From: an uncultured virus (IMG/VR IMGVR_UViG_3300042905_003821)
Taxonomy: Duplodnaviria > Heunggongvirae > Uroviricota > Caudoviricetes
Length of the DNA stretch: 20,000 bases
Virus record (IMG/VR): IMGVR_UViG_3300042905_003821
Reading direction: 5' to 3' (one strand)
Of the stretch, positions 1 through 7,670 are shown piece by piece. Position 1 is the first letter of the stretch, and every line of letters starts with the position of its first letter. The translations under genes and the position numbers were made by a program. Under the pieces are notes generated by a model. The model searched no databases, was not told the DNA's origin, and worked only from the letters and a program-made list of their open reading frames with translations.

Positions 1-5
1 ATCGT

Positions 6-398
6 TTACCCCGTAATGGTCAGCAGGAATTGTTGTGCGTAGTGGTATCGCCGGGTCTGTTGCTCTTGCCCAGAGAATCCTATTGTATTAGATTTGGTAA
101 TGACTTGCAATTTTTGGCCGTCCGACAGCGGGAATCTATACACGGATTCCGTCATGTCGGAGATTTGCCTGAGGATTCCGCCTGCGGCGGAATCCACGCC
201 CCTAACACGGACTTCAACGCGAGGATGCTCCTCGCGTTTTCCGGTGCGATGGAGGCGAGGTTCGAGTCGGCCTCTGCCGATCTCGTAGATCAGGATCGCG
301 TTGTCGGGCTCGTCGGGGACGTGGTTGACGAAGATCGAATATCCCAAGTTTGGGAGATTCGCTTCGATCACTTCTGCTAATGCTTCTGCGCCGGTCAT
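6..398 (-). CDS. Tail terminator / minor capsid-like neck protein (~130 aa)
   Basis: Start moved to MTGAEALAEV (ATGA overlap with the upstream stop). The motif FVNHVPDEPDNAILIYE...HPRVEVRVRG resembles the Minor_capsid_3/SPP1 gp17-like family. It is the fourth gene of the neck cluster. Confidence 0.65.
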   Translation of the reverse strand: MTGAEALAEVIEANLPNLGYSIFVNHVPDEPDNAILIYEIGRGRLEPRLHRTGKREEHPRVEVRVRGVDSAAGGILRQISDMTESVYRFPLSDGQKLQVITKSNTIGFSGQEQQTRRYHYAQQFLLTITG

Positions 399-811
399 AC
401 TCTGGACATCTCCTGTACGATCAGGTTGCTCATATCTTCCGAGAAGTAGTCGATCCCATGAACAATCCACTCGTCGGTCGTGACGGGGAACAACGCCCCT
501 GCGATGTCCTCATGCTGTCTGCGAGCGTACAGTTCGGGTTGTTGGGGGTAGTCCCTACCCTCTCGGTAGTAATCGGTAGTGATCTTCGCCCCGTACCCGA
601 TGATGGTTTCCGTTTGGAAACCCTCCTTCTCCTGAAACCAGACTCCGGATTCCCGAAGGGCTCCGGTTTCGTACTTGACCAGAACGTCCGTTCTGTTCAA
701 GAACGTCTCGGCGGCATCCTCACAGCCTTTTGCAAAGGCTGTGCCGAGGCTCTTGGCATACTTGCCAAGAGCTTTCTCTAATTCCGGGAGTCCTAGTACC
801 GTGACTTTCAT
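395..811 (-). CDS. HK97 gp10-like tail-completion protein (~138 aa)
   Basis: Start MKVTVLGLPELEKAL via TAATG overlap. Carries the V..ETGALRESG and YARRQHE motifs typical of HK97 gp10-like proteins, in the expected gene position. Confidence 0.7.
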   Translation of the reverse strand: MKVTVLGLPELEKALGKYAKSLGTAFAKGCEDAAETFLNRTDVLVKYETGALRESGVWFQEKEGFQTETIIGYGAKITTDYYREGRDYPQQPELYARRQHEDIAGALFPVTTDEWIVHGIDYFSEDMSNLIVQEMSRV

Positions 812-1155
812 TACCCACAAGCCTCGTACAGAGTCTCGGTGTTCCGCAGGTTGGGGGTCATCGACGAGTCGATGACCTCGTACACGTCTGGATTCTGCTT
901 AGGGTTGTCCCAGTAGGCTGTGTCGGCCAGCGTCCCGAGTCGCATCAGTCCGCCTACCTGTAGGCGGACTTGCGTGATCGTTTGCACCCGAGACATGACT
1001 CGGGTGTTGGTGTTGGAAATCACTTCCTTGAGCATTTCCTCCCACCGGCAGGTGTACTCGACCGGCGAACCCCAGATGGGTTCGCCGGTCTTTTGTGTGC
1101 CAACCCTAGGCCAAAAGACCAGGGTTTGGCGTTGGCATCGCTTAATAAGTGACAT
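811..1155 (-). CDS. Head-closure / head-tail adaptor protein (~114 aa)
   Basis: Start MSLIKRCQRQTLVFW downstream of GGAGG. Beta-rich with a TGEPIWGSPVEYTCRWEE pattern, and located after the connector as for SPP1 gp16-like genes. Confidence 0.6.
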   Translation of the reverse strand: MSLIKRCQRQTLVFWPRVGTQKTGEPIWGSPVEYTCRWEEMLKEVISNTNTRVMSRVQTITQVRLQVGGLMRLGTLADTAYWDNPKQNPDVYEVIDSSMTPNLRNTETLYEACG

Positions 1156-1543
1156 CCGTAGCCGCCTCCTTGCCTGCCCAAAACAGGTCAAACTTGACCA
1201 TGCCTTTGACCACCTTGTTATTCCAGACGGCAAGTTTGCCGCTGGAATCAAGCATCATGGCAGTGGTCCCGAAGTGCGTGATGCCAAGTCCGTCTGAAAG
1301 ACGGACTTGGTAGGAGGCTTGGATCGTCTTGACTTGCTCACTCTGGAGTCGCGGGTCACTGATGGCAATCAGGTGGGCCGCTAGGTAGCGTTCCACCAAC
1401 TCGGCTGTCGCCTCGTTGAGTGCGACACCGATGACGTTGGTAACCATCAGCGATGCGCTGTCAATCATCAACTGCGGGTCAGGCACGTTGGTCGAATCGT
1501 ATTGGATGATCTTGTTGACCGCAGCCAGCGTTGTTCTTGCCAT
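1142..1543 (-). CDS. Head-tail connector protein (gp6/gp15-like, DUF4054-like)
   Basis: 133 aa and helical, with ERYLAAHLIA and ...GITHFG motifs. First gene of the neck cluster. Confidence 0.7.
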   Translation of the reverse strand: MARTTLAAVNKIIQYDSTNVPDPQLMIDSASLMVTNVIGVALNEATAELVERYLAAHLIAISDPRLQSEQVKTIQASYQVRLSDGLGITHFGTTAMMLDSSGKLAVWNNKVVKGMVKFDLFWAGKEAATDVTY

Positions 1544-1547
1544 TTGA

Positions 1548-3233
1548 CTACCCTACGATTGAGCCGAGTGCCACGGAGTCCCCAGCGGTGCTGGGGACGA
1601 CGATGTTGTACTTCCGGGAGCTTCCGGTGCGATATACGATGTATGTCGCACCTTTGACAAGGTTGTTGAACTGGACCACCCCTTGGTTGTCGGCGGTTGC
1701 CGTCCGGGGGGCATCCTCCATCGCCAATCCTGTCGATCCGGGCGGCGGTGACGATGCTTGGATCGTCACCTGCGCCCCTGCCTGAGCGACCCCGTTGACA
1801 TCGTTTACGGTCCAGAAGCCCGTCGTCCGTGGAGCCACGCTCGGCGTGACTCCACCGGTACTCGTCAGCGTGTACGTCTGAGAGACGTTCCCGCTGACTA
1901 CCAGCGAAACAGGCGTGAAGCTGAATCCGGCGGCGGTGATCGCGACGGTGAACGTCGCGTCATCGAGGCTGAATGATGCGACCCCGCTAGCGTTGGTAAC
2001 GCCAGCGTAGGTTTCCCCCGCGCGGTACACGCGAACCGTAGCTGCTTCGACGGGGCTGGCCGAGGAATCTCGGACAGTGATTGTCACGATCCTCGCGCCC
2101 GACCCTTGGCCGGTCGCCCCAGTGATCCAAGCCGCATCGCCGCGATCTCGGATCGCTTCGAGCGAGTCGGTTGTCTCGTTAAAATTCGCTCCGGCGGTCG
2201 TGGCGTTGATCTGCGTGCGGGTGGTCGAGTCTGCGGTCTTGCCTGCAATGGCCCCGAGCCAGTTGGCTAGCGACGTGATCCCCGCAAACAGGGTTGCGGG
2301 GATTCGGGTAACCAGAGCAGTCACGTTGGTCGCCACGGCGGCCAACGCTGTGCTGGTAGCCAAACCGTTTTGGATGGCCGCGATTGAATGGACGTGATTG
2401 GTCGGAATGATGATAAATTCATCGCCGACTGTCGGAGCCGTAGTAAACGGCTCCTCTACTGTTATCACACCGTTGGTGTTGACGTAAGTGAGTAGAGGGC
2501 TGTTCTGTTCGTTGATCGCCGCAGCGTTCGTGAACAACAAAACAGCGTGCTTAAACGCACCTGTTGGGTAGTTGACATTCGACGAAAAGCTAGTGGTTGA
2601 TGGAGTGGTCGCACTTGTGACCACTCCATCGATGACTGTGTTTGCCTTCTTGATGATGCTGATGTACTTGGCGAGGCTGTGGGCCACGTTGTCGTGGGCG
2701 TCGACACTTTCCTCTAAGACAGCATCGGCGATAGCCGATGCTGTTGGGACATCGCTTTTCTTTGCCAAAACTGTCGAGCCTTCGATCTGGACCAGTGTTG
2801 GCCGGTTGCTTACCGTTGATTCATTTGCCACACTCGCCGGGAACGCCACGGGGGCAGCGGCACTAGCCGTCTGCCCTGCGATCTTCGTGACGTTGGCATC
2901 GACGTTTCGATTCTCAATCGAGAATGTCCGAAGGATCGTTCGAGTCAAGTCTTTTCCGTCGACTGTCCCCGCAGTGAATACAATGTCGTAGTCTCTACCG
3001 ACCTCATATACCGCATCGGAAGTGTCGATCACCAGTTCATGGAACCCAGCTTTCCCATCATAATCTACGGCGGGTTGGGTTACTCCGGTAGTGAATTCTG
3101 TTGTCGAATCTTTATAGATTGCAACACTCAGAGCGACTGATGGGGTAGTCGGAATGAGCGACTGGGCAAACGTGTTGAACTTTACACGAATGACCTGACC
3201 TTTCTTGAAATCTCCAATGTATTTGTCGGACAT
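1548..3233 (-). CDS. Putative virion appendage/fibre protein with C-terminal carboxypeptidase-regulatory-like (Ig/transthyretin-like) domains (~561 aa)
   Basis: Start moved to MSDKYIGDFKKG, just after the upstream stop. Thr/Ala/Ser-rich. The C-terminal ITVRDSSASPVEAATVRV...TNASGVASF and VNDVNGVAQAGAQVTI...TADNQGVVQFNNL segments match the CarboxypepD_reg/Cna-B pattern. Confidence 0.6.
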   Translation of the reverse strand: MSDKYIGDFKKGQVIRVKFNTFAQSLIPTTPSVALSVAIYKDSTTEFTTGVTQPAVDYDGKAGFHELVIDTSDAVYEVGRDYDIVFTAGTVDGKDLTRTILRTFSIENRNVDANVTKIAGQTASAAAPVAFPASVANESTVSNRPTLVQIEGSTVLAKKSDVPTASAIADAVLEESVDAHDNVAHSLAKYISIIKKANTVIDGVVTSATTPSTTSFSSNVNYPTGAFKHAVLLFTNAAAINEQNSPLLTYVNTNGVITVEEPFTTAPTVGDEFIIIPTNHVHSIAAIQNGLATSTALAAVATNVTALVTRIPATLFAGITSLANWLGAIAGKTADSTTRTQINATTAGANFNETTDSLEAIRDRGDAAWITGATGQGSGARIVTITVRDSSASPVEAATVRVYRAGETYAGVTNASGVASFSLDDATFTVAITAAGFSFTPVSLVVSGNVSQTYTLTSTGGVTPSVAPRTTGFWTVNDVNGVAQAGAQVTIQASSPPPGSTGLAMEDAPRTATADNQGVVQFNNLVKGATYIVYRTGSSRKYNIVVPSTAGDSVALGSIVG

Positions 3234-3235
3234 GG

Positions 3236-3913
3236 TTAGCCTATCAAGAGGTTGTCGATTGGAGAGTATGAGCCGCCGCCACTGCCGCTGGTTGTTTTGT
3301 GGTCGATTTCTAGCAACTCTAAAACGAAGGTCGCCCATACTACACTCGTAGCCTGAGTTACATTTGTTGCTGGCCAAATTGCCGATCTAGTTGAATTCGT
3401 GTCGTAAGAGGCAACCTCAAAACTTGCACCTATAGAATTGTTAATAAATGTCATCCCGGACGGAGCCAAGCTTGAAAGGTTGTTGCCAGTTGCTCGGGTT
3501 GCTGCTAGGCCGACAAGCCACAAGTCTAGGGCGGATTCTTTGAATACCGGGGAAGTGATAGCCGCTTGAGCAGCGTAGCTTATTACCGTACCGGATGATC
3601 CATTTTGAGAAAGAAGTGTAGGTATTACAACTGATCTTGGGCCACCCCTGTAAGCAATAGCTGTTACGTTGGATGCTCCTGTCCACCCTGATGTACCCGT
3701 TGTTTCGGAAGCCGATTCAGCAATGTAATATCCGAGCCTGTGCGATCCGCCACTATTTGATCGTGTGTAAAGTCCTAATACACCGGGAGGCAAGGATGGA
3801 ATTCCAGCCCCCGCAAAATACGCACTATACAAAATCAGATCGCCCTTGACGTGAGTGCCAAGGGTGACACCTGTTCCGTTATTGGTTGAAAAACTGACTC
3901 GCGAGATCGCCAT
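3236..3913 (-). CDS. Putative virion structural beta-sandwich protein (225 aa)
   Basis: Ser/Thr/Gly-rich with a GDLIL...P..GWT pattern seen in phage fibre and decoration modules. TAATG-coupled to the upstream gene. Lower GC than its flanks. Confidence 0.5.
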   Translation of the reverse strand: MAISRVSFSTNNGTGVTLGTHVKGDLILYSAYFAGAGIPSLPPGVLGLYTRSNSGGSHRLGYYIAESASETTGTSGWTGASNVTAIAYRGGPRSVVIPTLLSQNGSSGTVISYAAQAAITSPVFKESALDLWLVGLAATRATGNNLSSLAPSGMTFINNSIGASFEVASYDTNSTRSAIWPATNVTQATSVVWATFVLELLEIDHKTTSGSGGGSYSPIDNLLIG

Positions 3914-4506
3914 TACAACTCTGGTTCTGGTCCAATGCCTTTGTTGTCTATGTGGTCAGTCCAGGCTTCCCGATAGGCTTGGACTCGGTCTAGTGCTTGC
4001 TCGATTCGCAGCTCACTCAATGCGACGAGTTTCATGTGAGCAAGACATGCATCGATTTCTTCGATGCTTGGGACTTCAATCACGATGTGAAATTTTTCGA
4101 TGCGATCTTGGATTCGGGCTTGCTCTAGCAGGCTGATGTTTCGCTTGACTTCGCGAGCAAGGTGTCTTGCTCCGGGGACCAAGCCAACTTGGTCGAGAAA
4201 GTTGAACGTGTTTTGGATGTCAACATCGTTCAAGGGCATCCCAGAAGATAGCTGCGAGATAGCCCAAGTTTCCCCCTGCTGCAAGAGAACGTCTTGCAGC
4301 AGTTTGCACCCACCCCTACCAAATCGCATTCCCGTTTCGGGAATCCAAACAGACGCTAGCCCTTTCCACGTAAAATCACCGGAGTTTTCAAATGGAATAT
4401 CTTCGACCAGTAACGCATCCAAGACTTCTTGCGAAGTCTTGGACTCCCAGCCGGGGACTAAACGAATCAATACTTTCAATTCTTCTGGGGTCACAGCAGT
4501 CTCCAC
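3913..4506 (-). CDS. Hypothetical protein (197 aa)
   Basis: GTG start overlaps the upstream TAG and the stop overlaps the next ATG. No recognisable motif. Confidence 0.7.
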   Translation of the reverse strand: METAVTPEELKVLIRLVPGWESKTSQEVLDALLVEDIPFENSGDFTWKGLASVWIPETGMRFGRGGCKLLQDVLLQQGETWAISQLSSGMPLNDVDIQNTFNFLDQVGLVPGARHLAREVKRNISLLEQARIQDRIEKFHIVIEVPSIEEIDACLAHMKLVALSELRIEQALDRVQAYREAWTDHIDNKGIGPEPEL

Positions 4507-4862
4507 TAGGAATTTTTGTGATTCAGGTGTCGATCCACACTATCCATGCGCTGCGACAAGTCAGAAACCTGACTAGAAAGGCCGTCGACTTTCTCAGGTA
4601 GAACCGACAGTTTTTGTAAACTGCAAGACACGTCTTGCATAGTTCCCGTATTCTGTTCCAAGTTGGAGAGTAGCTTGTCTACGGCAAGGAATAGCTTGTC
4701 CCTACAGGGAATCAAAAACTCCTTGCCGACCCAACCGCATACTCGCCACAAGGCGAACGCGACGGCGGCGAGAATGACCAAAACTACACCTGTGACGGTG
4801 TAGTTTGTTTCGGTCAACCACTCCTTCGCTTGCGAAGGATCAACGACCTGTGCCAGAAGCAT
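4506..4862 (-). CDS. Single-TM membrane protein with C-terminal coiled coil (holin/BhlA-like architecture)
   Basis: Hydrophobic stretch VTGVVLVILAAVAFALW followed by heptad-like LQKLSVLPEKVDGLSSQVSDLSQRMDSVD. Confidence 0.6.
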   Translation of the reverse strand: MLLAQVVDPSQAKEWLTETNYTVTGVVLVILAAVAFALWRVCGWVGKEFLIPCRDKLFLAVDKLLSNLEQNTGTMQDVSCSLQKLSVLPEKVDGLSSQVSDLSQRMDSVDRHLNHKNS

Positions 4863-5319
4863 TTCGACGCTCTCTCTCTACCTTGTCGGTGGATAGGGGG
4901 CCTTGGAATGTGTATTGTCGGCCATCGACTTCGGTGACTTTGTACCAGGGATACATTTTACCAGATTCTCGAAAATCGCTCTCGTAGATGGTCACGTCCC
5001 AACCAGCATCCACCCAAGAGCCGATCTGGCTCTTGTCTGTCTTGCATGGTGGGCAGTTAGGGATGCTGAACATTTCAAGTTTCGGCTTAGGAGCCGAAAC
5101 TTGAGACTTCCCCGGAGGCTTCGCCCCGGCTCCCTGCTCAGGCTCGATCCCGCACTTGCAATCCTTGCAAGTGCAATCCTCGCAGGGGCAAGCAGCGTTG
5201 TTGCATTGCTTGCTGACTTCGGACTTGGATTCACCCCTGTGGGTGAATCCCCACCCTAGGAGGACTGTTGCCAGCAACAGTCCGAGGATGACGGCTAGGT
5301 TCTTGTCTTGATCTTTCAT
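4840..5319 (-). CDS. Membrane-anchored thioredoxin/glutaredoxin-fold protein with metallothionein-like Cys cluster
   Basis: N-terminal TM LAVILGLLLATVLLGWGF, then CNNAACPCEDCTCKDCKC, then LEMFSIPNCPPCK (CxxC after a beta strand) and a downstream YPWY candidate cis-Pro motif. Confidence 0.7.
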   Translation of the reverse strand: MKDQDKNLAVILGLLLATVLLGWGFTHRGESKSEVSKQCNNAACPCEDCTCKDCKCGIEPEQGAGAKPPGKSQVSAPKPKLEMFSIPNCPPCKTDKSQIGSWVDAGWDVTIYESDFRESGKMYPWYKVTEVDGRQYTFQGPLSTDKVERERRNASGTGR

Positions 5320-6212
5320 TCGCGCACCTTGTTTCCTACAAACACCCAGAAGTCATGCCACTTCGTACATTGAAAGGCATTCTGCATGGTGAAAAGGCCA
5401 AAGCCGTTTTCACCCCACCCTTGCGAGCCGGTAGGCCCGTACATTGGATTGGAGCTTGGTCCCCAAGAATTCTCGATGTCTGGGTGAACCAGATCATCGC
5501 CACCTACCCACTTCCCAGAATGGAAAAGCGTAGCGTGGTTGCCCACGCCATTGCCTTGAACGGCGTAGCCGTTCTGCAATCGCATCGAGTTGTTCCCGAC
5601 GTGCCAAGCGTGGATCACTTGGTGATCCCTCGCGAGCGCGCTCGCGAGGGCGATCTTGAACGTCCGGTAGTCGCCTACCGGAAGTTTGTACGCCTCGAAG
5701 GAAGTGTACATGGTGGCCGCTTCCTGCGCCGCCTTGTACCACTTCTCAGGCATCTGGTTCTTGAGGTAGATGTCGTGGGGAATCGTGTACGCTTCCCCAT
5801 TCGAGTTCAGCTTGCGAGGGGCCAAGCCTCGCTTGGCCCACTCCATAGCATCTTGGAGCAGTGCCCCTTGGTCCCTGCCTCGGTTGATGTGCATGTACAA
5901 GTAGCAGTCGCTAATCACGATGTGCGGAAGCCCATCGAGATCCCTGCGGTTGTGCTTGGCGTTGACCGTGGCCGACGCTGCGCACTTCCCGAGTCGGGCT
6001 TGGTTCAAGACCCAAGCCTGACGACGCTTCCGCATCTGCTTGTAAACGTCCCCTTTGAGGGACTTCTCGATGTCGCTGGCTTCGAGGTAGAACTCCTCGC
6101 CATAGACAGGCATGTCGGCTACCAACACCCGCTCTGCGGGTGTTGGGGCCATACAACCAGCTACGACTTTGGAGCCGTCTGGGAGGGTGAAGATTTCTTG
6201 CTCGTCGCTCAT
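5316..6212 (-). CDS. Papain-like (peptidase C1 family) cysteine protease (~298 aa)
   Basis: Oxyanion Gln and catalytic Cys in NQARLGKCAASA, catalytic His in GNHATLF, Asn in IENSWG, plus GWGENGFG. Start MSDEQEIF has a GAGGAG RBS and an ATGA overlap. Confidence 0.85.
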   Translation of the reverse strand: MSDEQEIFTLPDGSKVVAGCMAPTPAERVLVADMPVYGEEFYLEASDIEKSLKGDVYKQMRKRRQAWVLNQARLGKCAASATVNAKHNRRDLDGLPHIVISDCYLYMHINRGRDQGALLQDAMEWAKRGLAPRKLNSNGEAYTIPHDIYLKNQMPEKWYKAAQEAATMYTSFEAYKLPVGDYRTFKIALASALARDHQVIHAWHVGNNSMRLQNGYAVQGNGVGNHATLFHSGKWVGGDDLVHPDIENSWGPSSNPMYGPTGSQGWGENGFGLFTMQNAFQCTKWHDFWVFVGNKVRE

Positions 6213-6592
6213 TTCAAGGACTCCTCGAACGAAGATTTCCAAGGTACGACTTTGCGTACCTTGGAGACGTTGCCGTCTTTCAGATCAACGTACCCAACGA
6301 CAGGCGGTTCGAGCTTCTTAGCTCGACCCGCTTCGACGATGGGCTTTGCCCACTCGTCGTCGCGATCTGCGTTACGGTAGCCTTTGAGTTTGTTGGCCTC
6401 AACAAACTCATTGGCACTCCGCAGGGCAATCGTCTGATCGACGGTTGCCGCAGTTTTCTCATTGACCAACACGACAGTCGAACCCGCTACATTTGTTGCA
6501 AAACTGCCCCATTGCTGGGGCAGTTTGTTTCCGAACAGTAGGAGCAGACCGCCTGCGATCATCAGCCAAGGGCCGACTCGGTTGCGGTCCAT
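6209..6592 (-). CDS. N-terminally membrane-anchored hypothetical protein (127 aa)
   Basis: AAGGAG RBS. TM WLMIAGGLLLLFG followed by a soluble alpha/beta domain. Confidence 0.7.
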   Translation of the reverse strand: MDRNRVGPWLMIAGGLLLLFGNKLPQQWGSFATNVAGSTVVLVNEKTAATVDQTIALRSANEFVEANKLKGYRNADRDDEWAKPIVEAGRAKKLEPPVVGYVDLKDGNVSKVRKVVPWKSSFEESLK

Positions 6593-6595
6593 GTC

Positions 6596-6799
6596 CTACT
6601 CCTTGGTCTTGGGCATCGTTGGGCGAACGGAGTCGCCCAAGATCCAAGTCGAAACGATGGCCCCGATCCCGAGAAGCACAGCTTCGGGGATCGGCTCGCC
6701 TGCTTGAAGGGCCTGAACCGCTTGGTAAAGCAACGGTACGAGGGTAACCACAGCAACTACGTTGCGTTTGGACTTGACGAAAAGTGCGATGAAATCCAC
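6596..6799 (-). CDS. Holin-like two-TM protein (67 aa)
   Basis: Basic KSKR motif, two hydrophobic helices and a charged C-terminal tail, matching class II holin architecture. Confidence 0.55.
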   Translation of the reverse strand: MDFIALFVKSKRNVVAVVTLVPLLYQAVQALQAGEPIPEAVLLGIGAIVSTWILGDSVRPTMPKTKE

Positions 6800-6801
6800 G
6801 G

Positions 6802-7104
6802 TTATGCCTTTGGGGTTGAAGGTGGGGTGAGGATCAGTTGGAAGATGGATTGCAGAGGCTCAATAGCCTCTGCGGTCCCTCGTTGCTCGAAGTAGTCGAC
6901 GAGGACTTCGACGGCGTCGATGGCCTTGTCGCGGTCGATCTTGACGACCGCAGGTTCTTGGGCAACTTCCACAGGCTTTGGACGCAACTGGTTGATAAGA
7001 TCAGCCAGTTGTGACTGGGGGTCGACAGCGGGTTTCTTCCCGCTGGCAACCCAGTACAAACCAAAAGCGAGTAGGCCCAGACCTAGCATGGTAGTGAAGT
7101 CCAT
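6802..7104 (-). CDS. N-terminally membrane-anchored hypothetical protein (100 aa)
   Basis: TM MLGLGLLAFGLYWVA, Pro-rich linker and helical C-terminus. TAATG coupling. Confidence 0.7.
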   Translation of the reverse strand: MDFTTMLGLGLLAFGLYWVASGKKPAVDPQSQLADLINQLRPKPVEVAQEPAVVKIDRDKAIDAVEVLVDYFEQRGTAEAIEPLQSIFQLILTPPSTPKA

Positions 7105-7361
7105 TAGTCGGCCCCCACACCTGCTAGAACGTCATCATCATCGCTTTCCACACCGGAAGTTTTCCGGTCTTGGAAATACTTGATGACGGCCAAAACCAGT
7201 TGGATGAACAAGATGACCATAGCAGGGTCGATCCCTACCAGCGATTCATCTTTTTCAATAGCTTCCTTGATCTTGTCGGTGTCGCCGTTGAATTGTCCGT
7301 TGTATTTACGGGCAAGGCGAACAGCGAGACGGCGTTGCCTGAGTCGGAGTTTTCCAAACAT
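7104..7361 (-). CDS. Small membrane protein (85 aa)
   Basis: Basic N-terminus, hydrophobic GIDPAMVILFIQLVLAVIKYF segment and acidic tail. TAATG-coupled on both sides. Confidence 0.7.
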   Translation of the reverse strand: MFGKLRLRQRRLAVRLARKYNGQFNGDTDKIKEAIEKDESLVGIDPAMVILFIQLVLAVIKYFQDRKTSGVESDDDDVLAGVGAD

Positions 7362-7570
7362 TACTCTGCCTTCCCGCCTTTCTTGGGTTCGGGCTTCTTC
7401 TCGCCCTCCACCAATTCGGGCTTCTTCTCGCCCTCGACCAATTTGAACTTCTGCTCGCCAAAGACCGCGACGAGGTCGCGGTCGGATTCGACGATCTCAC
7501 CCCTCACTGCGAACGAGACAGGCTCGTTCTGGATGACGTGTGATCCTTCAAGCAATTCGTACTTAGCCAT
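7361..7570 (-). CDS. Small post-capsid protein (69 aa), possibly a packaging chaperone or head accessory
   Basis: Directly downstream of the MCP. Lys/Glu-rich tail with duplicated LVEGEKKPE. Confidence 0.65.
   Translation of the reverse strand: MAKYELLEGSHVIQNEPVSFAVRGEIVESDRDLVAVFGEQKFKLVEGEKKPELVEGEKKPEPKKGGKAE
7388..7441. repeat. 27-bp tandem duplication (2 copies, 1 mismatch), in frame
   Basis: ttcgggcttcttctcgccctc[c/g]accaa at 7388-7414 and 7415-7441. Confidence 0.95.
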
Positions 7571-7594
7571 GAGCTAAAGCCCTAAGCCCTTGCG

Positions 7595-7640
7595 AAAAGA
7601 AACCCCGACTGCACGCAAGGGCTTAGCGTACAGTCGGGGT
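7595..7640 (-). terminator. Rho-independent terminator after the major capsid gene
   Basis: 15-bp stem (7602-7616/7626-7640) whose single mismatch is a G-U pair on the minus-strand RNA, a 9-nt loop, then UUCUUUU. Confidence 0.8.
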
Positions 7641-7670
7641 GCAGCGGGTGGTCAGATTGTCGCTACAGCG

